Translations under genes and position numbers: made by a program
Assembly (NCBI GenBank): GCA_010405405.1
Contig: MU004233.1
Coordinates: 2,520,539 to 2,584,538 of the forward strand
Length of the DNA stretch: 64,000 bases
Direction: 5' to 3'
Source of the DNA: Microthyrium microscopicum
Lineage: Eukaryota
Shown here: positions 1 to 11,440 of the stretch, piece after piece
How the letters are laid out: the number at the start of each line of letters is the position of its first letter
How positions within the stretch are numbered: position 1 is the first letter of the stretch
The notes under the pieces: generated by a model
The model's input: only the letters and a program-made list of their open reading frames with translations
Database searches by the model: none
Told to the model about the DNA's origin: nothing

Positions 1-636
1 AGCGCTGTGGAGGTTGTTCGTGAGTGGAATGTTGCCAACTTCTTGGCCGTTTTCATTGACGACAGTGATCGAAAATAATAGTTGTGGATCGCCCCATTCA
101 TAACTGAGCGCGATATATTCCGCAGTCGATGTAAGTACGTGCTGAAGCTGGCACCGAAGCCTTTCTCCAGGTTTGCTGAGCAGGACTAATACGCGAATCT
201 CGTCATTTGCGGAGTCGATAGGCTGGTGTACGTATGGAGTCTGGGCAGCGATGGCTTCTTCCAACGGCCTAAGAAATGATCTGCTCAAGTCCTGAAATCT
301 CTCTTTTCCAGCATCGTTTAAGAGATGGTAGCAGTCTTCCGACAATATAAAGATGAACTTCGAAGCCCATTCCAGTATTCCTAAAGGATGATGACCGGCA
401 AGATTTGTCTGGTGTCCTGAAACAGCATTCATCCATTTTTTCGAGTAAGAATAGCCAGCATATTCTGCAGGTAACAGACTCAGTAGGCCAGGAATTCTAG
501 CGAAGGAATCATCGCTCTTGTTGCCGAATTGCTGCACGATCTCCAAAACTTCGGCTGCCAATGTCTTTAACATTTCTACATTTCCTTCAGTTGGAAACCA
601 GCCTTTGCCGTCTTCATTTGTGGTGCACTCTTTCAT
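1..636 (-). CDS. HET-domain (heterokaryon incompatibility, HET-6-like) protein, 5' part only; runs off the window start
   Basis: Not in the ORF track because it has no stop in the window. Manual translation from gccaccATG at 636 is open to base 1: MKECTTNEDGKGWFP...TPYVHQPIDSANDEIRVLVLL...YIALSYEWGDP...IPLTNNLHSA. The Y.HQP..EIR.L, Y.ALSY.WG and T.NL..A motifs typify the start of HET domains. Confidence 0.82.
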   Translation of the reverse strand, partial: MKECTTNEDGKGWFPTEGNVEMLKTLAAEVLEIVQQFGNKSDDSFARIPGLLSLLPAEYAGYSYSKKWMNAVSGHQTNLAGHHPLGILEWASKFIFILSEDCYHLLNDAGKERFQDLSRSFLRPLEEAIAAQTPYVHQPIDSANDEIRVLVLLSKPGERLRCQLQHVLTSTAEYIALSYEWGDPQLLFSITVVNENGQEVGNIPLTNNLHSA

Positions 637-996
637 GGTGGCAGTGGTTGCAGGTTATGCGCTCTCTGGTTTGTTGTTCCTGGACCCTGGTGAAGTAGTC
701 GCCCTGATGTGATCGGTTGGAAAATCGTTTTTACGAAATGACACCAGGCTGCCAGGGATGAAATACAATATCAAAGGAGGAGGGATTCTCGGGGAAGTTC
801 CTACGAGGCGGAGTCGACTTGAATCAACCTCGCCAGCTTTGGTGGCTGTGCAGCTATACTGCCGATTACTTGCACACACGAAAACAAGTTGTAGGCATTG
901 CTATGACCTTTAGATTTTGGACCACGATTCGCTCCGACGATCTCTGACAGCGATCAGAACGAGCAGAAAGAAAGCCCACAGCTTACATAGTTCCCT

Positions 997-1131
997 TCGA
1001 GCTACACTACTCTATACTATCAGTTCAATCCACCAAAATCTTAGTCTCCAACTCGCCAAAGTGTCGAGCTACACTACTCTATACTATCAGTTCAATCCAC
1101 CAAAATCTTAGTCTCCAACTCGCCAAAGTGT
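997..1131. repeat. Perfect 67-bp tandem duplication covering the aminopeptidase C-terminus, stop codon and proximal 3' UTR
   Basis: tcgagctacactactctatactatcagttcaatccaccaaaatcttagtctccaactcgccaaagtg occurs at 997-1063 and again at 1064-1130. Confidence 0.95.
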
Positions 1132-2731
1132 ACAAAAAACGACTCAAACAAATTCACCGCATGCTCGATATCATACGCACCACCCGTCTCCCGACAACTA
1201 TGCATACTCAACTGCGGATTCCCCACATCAATCGTACGCGCGCCCAATGCCGCCGATAACATGGGCCCAATCGTGCTTCCACACGACGAGTCATTACGCA
1301 CCACAAATAGCTGTAGTGGTACACCTCCATTCTTCTCCGCCTTACATGCGTAGCTGGCTGCCGGTTTCGCGCGCTTGGCGGCTTCTTGCAGGAGCACGAT
1401 GCCTGGTGAATTTGTCGCGTATCGTGCATTCGCGTTGACTTTGATGACTGTGCCCTTGTTCATCTCTGGCCGATGTGATGCTTCGTATTTGGCTGGGTAG
1501 TTTGGATGCACGCTGTGCGCCATGTCTGCGGATACCAGGAATGAGCGGCTGAGGGTTTGTTCGTAGGCGTCCGGTGCGCCGACGTGTTCCCAGGAGCCGT
1601 TTTTGCTTTCACTGGCTTCCGGGACGACGGAAAGGCGGCGTAGAACGGCGGGTAGCATGTTGGAATCTGCGCCTTGGGCAGTGCGTGAGCCGATTTCTTC
1701 ATGGTCAAAGAGGGCGATTAGGCGGATTGTTGGGTCCGCGGAGAGAGAATCTGATTTGAGGGAGGCGGTGAGGCCTTCGACGGCACAGAAGGACATATCG
1801 AGATTGTCGAGGCGCGCGGAGAAGATGAGTTCATCGTTAAGTCCACCAATGCAGGACTTGTGGGTATCGTAGAGCAGCATTTCAAAGTCGACGATTTCGT
1901 CGGGTGTGCAACCGGCATTTTCGGCTATGATGTCGACGATGTAGGGATGGTGACGAGCCGTGGCGGCTGCAAGAGGTTCGTATGAGCTGGATTCTTCAGC
2001 TTCGTCTTTGGCTTCCTCGGATTTGCCGTCTTTGCCTTGGCGATTAAGTTCTGCGGCTACTAGACCAGTGATTGGGTATAGCTGCGTCTCTTTGTTAAAT
2101 TCGAACTTCTCTTGTCGGTCTAGATGGATGGCTAGAGTGGGGATTCGGAGAATTGGCTTGTCGATCTTGACGAGCTTCATCTTCACAACACCGTCCTTGC
2201 CTCTTGCCATCACCCGACCAGCGATACTCAGATCACGGTCAAACCAGGTATGCCAAAGTCCTCCTCCATATGTCTCGACGCCGACTTGTAGGAATCCATC
2301 GGCAGTTTTCTTGGAAACAGGCTTGATACGGAAGCAAGGTGAGTCGGTGTGGGCGCCTACCATTCCGATAGGATTTCCAGGACGCCATTGACCGCCAACA
2401 GCAAAGGCAACAATGGTAGAAGCATTCCGGGTGAGGAAGTATTTGCCATTTGGCTTTACGATAGAGCTCCAGGAATCGCGTTCCTGTGATAGTTAATAAG
2501 CGGAATCGGGAGCTGGGTAGGGTGGAGGATGAGTTAAAAGTACCTTGATTTCCTTAAAACCGGAAGCTTCTAAAAGCTCTCGAGAAGATTTGACCGCATG
2601 GAAAGCTAGAATATTTAGATGCTGGGTGGTAATTTAGTCAGGAAGGGCAATTGCTCACGAGTGGGAGAGGCATTGACAAAGTCTAGGAAGGCGTTGGCCT
2701 GCTTGAGGGATAGGCCGCGAGAAGATGCCAT
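1092..2731 (-). CDS. APE4: Aspartyl aminopeptidase (peptidase M18); 3 exons (about 2731-2659, 2605-2544, 2483-1092); possible in-frame upstream ATG at 2815
   Basis: Spliced N-terminus FLDFVNASPT-PFHAV. Motifs VGAHTDSP, VETYGGGLWHTWFDRDL, ARLDNL, FDHEEIGS, SADMAHSVHPNY, CGSTIGP, QLSMHSCRE. Confidence 0.95.
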
Positions 2732-4366
2732 GTTGCGGAAAAAGATGATAGTGGGCTTGGAAACAACTCGTTTGCTCGGCGTGATTGTAAGTCTGAAAAG
2801 TCGAAAGGGGATCATACAGTCGAGAGGATGATAGTGGAATTGAGGAGAAGGCGGAGAGCTCCATGTCATGTCAACCCCAGATACAGTAGCTCGGTAGCTT
2901 CGATCTTATCTCTCTGATAAGATCAAATGCCCTCCGATGTTTGACAGTACGATCCAATACTTCGCAGAAACATAGTTGGTGGGAGTTCCCTGTAGTATAG
3001 ATATAAAAATGTAAGAAATACATGCATGTTCAAAGATCTCAAACTGAAATGTTCAGCATAGCAGAGATATGACAGCAAGCTCTAGTTTAAGAAATATGAA
3101 GCTGGGTAGAAAATTGTACCAAGTGTATGGATAAGTTGAGCTGCTAAAACTAAGACACAAGGTAACGCGCATCATGAATTCCAACAAACTTCAACAAATG
3201 CTAAGAACATGTTGCAAGCGAGAGGTACTCTCTACATTGATGCCAATCATGCCATTGATAAGAGAGCAAGTTACTACTGAGATCTGGAGATGATAACTCT
3301 AATCCGGATTGGGCTAGTTCAAACGGGGGAGCTCATGGTCCATGCACGAAGGAAGCGCCAGGGGCTATCGTGGGATATCGATAGAGGCTCCGCGTCTCCA
3401 CGTGCTTGATAAATGGGCAAAGAAAGGTACGGTACTTGTTGAGAAGCATACCATAGTTGGATATCACCCATCGAAGAAGCTTCAGATCAATCTAAACAAT
3501 CCACCTCTTGGTTCAACGTGTTTTCACTTTCACTTACTATTCCCGAAAATTAGCCTGAGAAACCTAGAAAACACTAAAAAGAGGCTGGGGGCGTTAATGA
3601 TAAGCTGGGGCCAGGGTAAACTGCTTGTCGCAAAGCAACGAGCAACGGGAGCCAATCATTGCAGTCATACTCACGCGTCTGAAAGAGAAGCACAACAACA
3701 ACTTGATCAATGTCGCGAACTCGATACTCAACTTCAAAACTCCTATCAACCACCTCATCGCCATCCTCGACATCAACTCTCTCCTCATCGCTCCTTCCTT
3801 TCCTCCTATCGTGGTTGCTCCTTCCATCAACCTCCTTCGCGACTACTCTTTACGGACAATATTCCCCGGTCGTCGTTGCTGTGGCTGGGCAGGGAGTGGC
3901 CCTTACCCTTTTCCAACTTCATCCCATCGCAACCCCAACTCCAACTCCCCAAAACACACAACAGTCCAACTGAAGCCTCTCATCATCCCTCGCCCTACCT
4001 TCGACCCTCTCAAAAATCCCTTGCTTCATTCTTCACGACATTCGCTCATTGTCGCTCGCCCTAAAGTCGCCCTCACTTTCCTACAACCTCTCGCGCGCAC
4101 AATTCATCGCTATCTGCCGTGTTTATCCTTCAGCCATTCAGAGTCACCCACATCTCATCCAAACCATCTTCTCGGTCTCCTGCAGCCAACGCTCCAGCAT
4201 AGCCCCGCCATCGCAGGAACATAGTTTGGTCCAACTGTACCGTTTGCGCCTGCAAGCTCCTCCGTCGTCCCGCACCTTCCGACTGCGAACCATTCATCCT
4301 CAGTTATTGAATCCACAATACTAGTTTATTGATTGATCAATAGGATTCAGTGACCAACACGCTGTT

Positions 4367-6233
4367 ATGGCGGATGCCGCCCAGGATATGGCTTCAGGTC
4401 CGGCGGCTTCTGGCAATGCTGAGCCTTCAAATAAATCTACCGCCGACACCCCTCAATTAATATCACCACCCGACACTAAGACCCCGCCTACGGATCAGAG
4501 CAAACGACAACGTGATCAACCAGAATCATCAAGCATGGCGAGACCCACGGGCTCTGATCCCGTCAGTGCTATTGCTTTGACAAAAGCTCTTCACAAGCTA
4601 GATCGAAGTCGCGACTCTACTCCAGCCCCTAGTCCAAGTCGGAAACGAGCACGACTGAATCATGATCAGCCAGATAGGTAATATTTAGGCATCCAGTACA
4701 AGGCAACCAAGACTAACTTCTCTAGATTCATGCCTAGCCGGTCTGGCGTAGATCTAAACATATTCCACACACGAGAGTTCCGAGACTCAACACCAGCAAC
4801 GCCATCGAGAACTAACAGAGTATCGAACGGGGAGCTGAACTATCAACGAGGTAAGAAATCTTCCGAATAGTTGGGGATATTAGCTAATTTTATTCAGTTG
4901 AGGAAGCAAACAAAACCTTCGAAAACCTACTCCGCACAGAACTCTTTGATGATACAATACATCGATCTGGAACCCCCGCAACACCGTCTCGAAAAAATAT
5001 CTTCAATTTCACAACACGATCCGGACACGTCACACCGCATTCGTTACCCCGTAGCCAGCGAGGACCAAACATGAATCCACATTCGGAATTATATAGTTTG
5101 TCACCTATCAAGCGAAGCAGCCAATCTCTATTATTAGAGCCCCGAAAACAACCTCGTGCTGTGAGCAAGGTGCCGTATAAGGTGCTTGATGCGCCAGATC
5201 TCGCAGACGACTTCTACCTCAACCTAGTGGACTGGGGTAGTCAGAACATCCTTGGGGTTGGTCTCAGAAATTCAGTGTATATGTGGAATTCGGATACTGG
5301 ACGAGTCAGCCAACTTTGTGAGCTTCCCGACGATACGGTGACTTCGGTCAATTGGATACAACGAGTAAGTTTCAAGTCTCCCAGAATGCGCTCAAAAGTG
5401 CTAATCAATTGATTTAGGGTTCACATATCGCCATTGGCACTGGCCGTGGATTCGTCCAAATATGGGATGCCAACGCAGGACGCCGGCTACGGACGATGAC
5501 CGGCCACACAAACCGAGTAGGAGCTCTTGCCTGGAACGACCACATTCTCACTTCAGGCTCCCGAGACCGGACAATTCTACATCGCGACGTTCGGCAACCA
5601 GAGCAGTGGATTCGAAAGCTTACAGGTCACAAGCAGGAAGTCTGCGGTCTTAAGTGGAATCCGGAAGATGGCCAGCTTGCCTCTGGAGGCAACGACAACA
5701 ACTTGATGATCTGGGAAAAGCTGAATGCCGAACCAACGTATAAGTGGAAGTCACATGAAGCAGCCGTCAAGGCCATCTCCTGGAGCCCACATCAGCGAGG
5801 TCTGTTAGCAAGCGGCGGAGGTACAGCTGATCGAAAGATCAAATTCTGGAACACCTTGATCTCGCCGTACGCATCAAGTTCAATCGCACGGAATCACTCA
5901 ACCGACCCGTCTGTCCCCGCGAATCTTCTCAAAACGGTCGACACAGGCTCGCAGGTGTGTAACCTGGCTTGGAGTATCAACAGCAACGAACTGGTCTCCA
6001 CACATGGCTACTCCCAGAACCAAATTGTGGTGTGGAAATATCCCTCCATGCAACAAGTTGCGAGTCTGACTGGTCACACCTTCCGTGTCCTATACTTGGC
6101 TATGAGCCCTGACGGTCAAGTGATTGTGACTGGTGCCGGAGATGAGACGTTGCGATTCTGGAACGCATTCAAAAAGCGACCGACCGAAGAGGACAGCTTC
6201 ATGCGCGTCGGCAGCAACGAGATCATTCGGTAG
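4367..6233 (+). CDS. CDH1: APC/C co-activator Cdh1/Srw1 (fizzy-related WD40); introns about 4678-4726, 4851-4897, 5365-5417
   Basis: C-box DR|FMPSR spans intron 1. Also KVPYKVLDAPDLADDFYLNLVDW, GHKQEVCGLKW, LASGGGTADR, ELVSTHGYSQNQ, GAGDETLRFW and a C-terminal IR tail. Confidence 0.95.
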
Positions 6234-6792
6234 ATCCACAGACATCCCATCACCATTCTTCCAGCGTCACCAATATCGGCATTTTTCAGCGTTTTAGCAC
6301 CCCTTTGATTACCAGCATGAAGCATATGAACCGGACAAAAAATATTACTAGCATGAAGGCGGAATTTTGAATTTTCAGAGGGGAACCAGCGGCTTGGAGC
6401 TGGTAATGTTTGTCGGTATCGGGTGTTGATCATCATGTTCTCTCAAAGAGAGAGACTTGTTTGAGATTCAAAGTGGAATGGATCTCAATCTACTGTTAGT
6501 TCGGGGAATTTTTTATGGCCCAGATACCCCAGTAGCTTTTGTTTATATTCAGGAAATGAACTCCTGTGTCTGGAAACAATATCTTTTCTCCTTCTTCCCA
6601 GCTCAGACTGAATGAACAGCCTCAAAATCCCTCGCAATATTGGATTCGTGGTATATCCAACTATCCGATAATGGTTTGACATCGAATGGGTGATCGATGG
6701 CGGGACGGACCGGATCTAACCTCACTTTAGCTTCATCAACGTCAAGGTCGTCCAACTTCATCCCTTCCTTCCTTTGGCCCAATATCAACAAA

Positions 6793-8007
6793 ATGTCGGC
6801 CTCAAAATATATTGCTGGTGATAAGGAAGCCATATCAAGCTTCATTGATAAGTTTGATGTAACCTAAAACTTCACAGGCCACTTCTCATACTGATTAGCT
6901 CTTTTAGACGTTTCTCTTCGACTGCGATGGTACATATTCCCCTCCGATGGCAACAGCTATCAATCAAGAGCAAGAAGATCACTAGCTAAAATATCACCCA
7001 GGAGTCCTCTGGTCCGGCGATCACCTCTTCGAAAATGTCGCCGAAACTCTCACCATGCTTCGCAATAAAGGTCGTCCACACCTATTATCCTCTTATCTCA
7101 ACCACGACTAATCAGCACAACCACAGGCAAGAAGCTCGTCTTCGTAACAAACAACAGCACCAAATCCCGCGCCGACTATGCAAAGAAATTCACTTCCTTT
7201 GATATCCCCGTCACCGCCGTATTTTCCTTCCATTCCATTCCCCTTTCCCCATCCCCACTAACACGCCCTCCAGGAAGAAGTATTCGGCTCCAGCTACTCC
7301 GCCGCCATCTACATATCCCGCATCCTCAACCTCCCCGCCGAAAAGTCCACCGTCTTCCTAGTCTCCGAATCCGGCACCGAAACCGAATTCACCGCCGAAT
7401 CCATAAAATTCATCGGCGGTTCAGACCCCTCCTACCGCCGCCCCATCGATCCCCCCATCGATCTTCCAAAAATCCAATCCGGCGAACTTCTCGACCCCAC
7501 CGTCGGCGCTGTCGTTCTGGCGCTAGACTTCAACATCAACTATCTCAAGATGGCCCTCGCGACAGCGTATGTACAGCGCGGCGCTGTCCTACTGGCTACT
7601 AATAGCGATCCGACGCTTCCGTATGCGGGTGGTCTGTTTCCTGGTGCGGGGAGTGTGGGTGCGGGTGTGTTGAAGGCGACAAGGAAGGAGCCGGTTGTGT
7701 TGGGGAAGCCGAGTCAGGCGATGATGGATGCTATTGAGGGGAAGTTTAAATTGGATAGGGGGAGGACTTGTATGGTTGGGGATAGGCTGGATACTGATGT
7801 TAGGTTTGGGAATGAAGGGGGGTTGGGAGGAACGTTGGCGGTTTTGACGGGGGTGAGTGATGTGTTTTGTTGATCATTTTGTGGTATAAGGGATATAGAG
7901 GCTAACGTGTGTAGGTTACGGAGAGGCATGAGATTGAGGAGGCGGAGGGGACGATGAGACCGAGTGTTTTTGTTGATAAGTTGGGGGATTTGTTAATTGC
8001 TGAGTAG
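6793..8007 (+). CDS. PHO13: HAD-IIA 4-nitrophenylphosphatase / phosphoglycolate phosphatase, about 6 exons
   Basis: Spliced [35 protein letters not shown] (HAD motif I). Also VFVTNNSTKSR, ATNSDPT..PGAGS, GKPS, MVGDRLDTD; last exon ends DKLGDLLIAE* at 8007. Confidence 0.92.
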
Positions 8008-8370
8008 GGATTCAGAGTATACAGCAGTAGAAAGCTATTCCAAGCAATACCTACCTACTCTATCTTCGCTCAGTTATTAGCCAAATCGCACCATATAGAG
8101 TAAGTATACAGTACTCGAGTCCGTGAGGCTGATTCCTACCGGTGATAATCATTTTTGGAAGATTAGCAGCTCTCTAAGCCCCTCACCGTGTACGCACAAA
8201 CCGGCCTCAATGTTGCATACTGGTGTGCATAGTCGTGATGCGCATGATCGTGATGCACAGCCCCCTCACTCCTCAGCCTGACCTCGGACACGCGAGAACC
8301 ACACCACAAGAGTCCATCCTGCTCTTTTCATTTTTATTCTCAAACATCGACATCATCAATGTAATTCAAA

Positions 8371-10715
8371 ATGCCGAGTTCTGTGGACAAACTGTTGAGC
8401 AAGCTCAAGATACATCGCAAAGCTCCTCCAGAGGACCTTCCGGAGTACCCATATCAGCCTTTGGACACTTCTCGTGATGAGATCCGCTTGATCACGCTAC
8501 ATCCTGGAAAGTATGGAAATCCGATCTTGATCAGCATTCATCATGCTCCGCTGGTACCGATTCCTGAGCCTCCAGGAAGGATGACGATAGAGGAGCTTCG
8601 GGAGACTATGCCATATGGGTGGGAAGCTCATGAGACTTTTGATGGCAGATACTTCTTCACCAATAAAGATATCAAGAGCTCTTACAACGACGGATCTGCA
8701 ATTAGGCATGCCCATTGGAATCATCCTGATCCTGGATTTGATCGCTCAAAATATCGCAACCTGGGTCCGGATCGTTCACTTACCAAAGTGCAGTTTGAGG
8801 CACTTTCGTACGTGTGGGGCCCGAAGGATGATGGCTATTATGTTACGGTCATCCCGAAGGCTACTATAACGGACTCAGCAGCGCGCAGTTGTGTAAAAGA
8901 AAAAGGAAAGCAATACAACATCAAAACACGCTCTAATCTGTACAAGGCACTTCAATGTATGCGAGAAACACGCCGTTCGCGCATCTTTTGGATAGATGCA
9001 ATATGCATTAATCAAGCCGACATACCAGAGCGTAGTTTACAGGTCCGAAGAATGGGAGATATTTATGCCTTTGCTCACCGAGTTGTCCTTTGGACTGGAT
9101 TCTCCGACAACATGAATAGCGATAAAAGCACCATAAAGAGCCTTGAAGGCGTAAGCCATGGTATTGTCGCGGCCAGAGATGGCTTCGTGTGCATAGACGA
9201 TGTAAATATCGCATTCTCTACGCTCCATCGTTCACTTAAAAATAAGCTGGGCACCTCAGAGATACGCCAACTTGTGGAATTCTTTAACAGCATGTACTTC
9301 TGGCGGCTGTGGATCTGGCAAGAGATGCGCCTATCGACCAGGCGTTCAATCATTCACTACGGATTTTCGCAGATTCCTTTTCATACCTTTGCAGTGGCAG
9401 TTTCACGAATAGCTACCAACGGAAAGCGAATAAACCCCGCGCTCATCAATGATGCAGGACAGATATTTCAATTGTTAAGATCCAGCAATATCGATCTGGA
9501 ACTTCTACAAACTGCCTCACAGAGGGATTGTGAGAATCCAAGAGATAAAATCTACGCAATCTTAGGACTTTTATCTCCATCTTTTGCTCAAAAAATACGA
9601 CCAGATTACGAACTGCCTATAGATGCGGTATACCGTGATTGCTTCCTAGCCCATCTGAATCTCACCGCTAGGCTTGAACTTCCATTCACATACTGTCGTC
9701 AAAAGGGTAGGACTTTGACTGGTCCTGGCTGGATACCTGATTTTTCGAATCCTCCAGCCTGGATATCGGCGCAGTACTTCTCTGCAGCTGGATCATCATC
9801 CAGTGAAACTTGGATTTCAGGCGAGCTTGGCGACGTACTCAACGTTGTTGGCGTTTCCTGTACAACAGTGGCATCAATCGCGCACCATGCTGATGATGTT
9901 GGTGGCGCCAAAACCACATTCTCTACTTTGCGAAGATGGTATAACTTTGCTTTGGGAAGTAGCAGCAGTTTGGGTCCTATCGACAACAAGGACATGGAGT
10001 CATTTTGCGATTTGCTTCTGGATGGGAGAGTACGTGATCGCGTCGTTAATGCTTTCTCTACTATGACACTAGATGAAACCAGAGCAAGAATCCAGCCACT
10101 TCTAAACCTTCCTCTAGCCGACACTGCGAACGACGACCAAGAACATTACTCTAGTATTGCCGCAGAATATGAGTATCTCATTCAGGGACGATCCTTCTTA
10201 CGGTTAACCGACGACAAAATTGGTCTTGGACCAGAAGATTCCGAACCAGGTACTGTTCTCAAGGTTGCCCATTTAATCTGAAGCTGACTTGATCTTGAGA
10301 GGATCTGGTGTGCGTGTTTCTAGGTGCCTGTAGGCCAGTCGTCCTCAGACCTGCTGCCAACGGCAAGTTTCGAATTGTAGGAGAATGCGACATTTTAGGA
10401 CTGCGAGATGGGGAAGCGCTTCTTGGACCACTACCTTCGCCATGGAGATCTATCCTCGGGATTCTGGCAGATGGCTTTTTACGCCTTGGCTTTCGACGAC
10501 ACGGCACGGAAGAGTTCGAACTTGAAGATCCACGCGTCGATCCCATTTCAGAACCTTGGGAGCGCATGGATTATCACCGAGAACGACATGATCCCAAATT
10601 CTTCGAGAAATTCAGGAATAAAGACACGGGAGAGGTGATAAACTCTGATCCACGTATGTTGCCAGACGCCCTTCGAGCTCGAGGAGTCAATTTGAGGACT
10701 TTTAGCCTCATATAA
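8371..10715 (+). CDS. HET-domain protein (HET-6-like) with WW-like modules; one intron about 10250-10300
   Basis: YPYQPLD..EIRLITL, FEALSYVWG, FWIDAICINQAD..ERSLQVRRMGDIY..A.RV..W, YFWRLWIWQE, C.NPRDKIYAILGL..IRPDY, GWIPDFS. Exon 2 reads VCVFLGA..PVVLR..FRIVGEC. The acceptor site is not clearly canonical. Confidence 0.9.
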
Positions 10716-11010
10716 GATTGTACTAGTCATGAGGTTATGAATTTGCAAAACGCAATAGCAAACTGGCTAGATATGACAGTCTCCCATCAAGTGCGATGCC
10801 TACCATCACCTTCGATAAATAGAAAATGCTTAATCTACCACCGCACTCGATGATCTTTGGACTACCCAATGCCGCACATGAGAGACAATTGTTGATATCA
10901 CAGTTAATTCCATCTAAAATGAATTTTTATTGGGGTGTAGACAAACGCATGACATGGTAGAAAACAAATTCAATGATGGTCAATGGTAAAATCGATGGCA
11001 GAGATTGCGC

Positions 11011-11123
11011 TCGTTGGCAGATATCGTAGTGGCTGGCAAATATCGTAGTCGCTGGCAAATATCGAAGTCGTTGACAGATATCGAAGTCGTAGCAGATGTT
11101 GTAGTTCTTAGCAGATATCGCAA
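11011..11123. repeat. Degenerate 19-bp minisatellite, about 6 copies, intergenic
   Basis: tcgttggcagatatcgtag / tggctggcaaatatcgtag / tcgctggcaaatatcgaag / tcgttgacagatatcgaag / tcgtagcagatgttgtag / ttcttagcagatatcgcaac. Confidence 0.85.
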
Positions 11124-11440
11124 CTGTTCGTGAATGGTATGGTGGACGGTTCATTCGTAGTCGACGGGATTTATCATCTGCAGTACAGTTTCGGGAAGTT
11201 ACGTAATAGAGGAGAAGACTTCTACGCTCAATGATGGTTAGATCGATCATCGCCAGTGTTTCTACAACTCGTTCTTAGCAAAGGCCAAAGAGCCAAAATT
11301 GAGTTTAGTCAAGCTTGGGTACATAGGAAGATAAAGATATGTTTAGAGTTGGAATCTGGATACCCACATCGCTGAGAAGAGTGCTATGAATTTTGCTACA
11401 TATGGTATCTATAATTACATTCTACAACATATAAGAGCAA

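Noticed and set aside
3342..4324. Overlapping ORFs of 240, 199, 87 and 91 aa upstream of CDH1
   Set aside because: C/T-rich low-complexity sequence that is open in several frames with no motifs. More likely promoter or long 5' leader.
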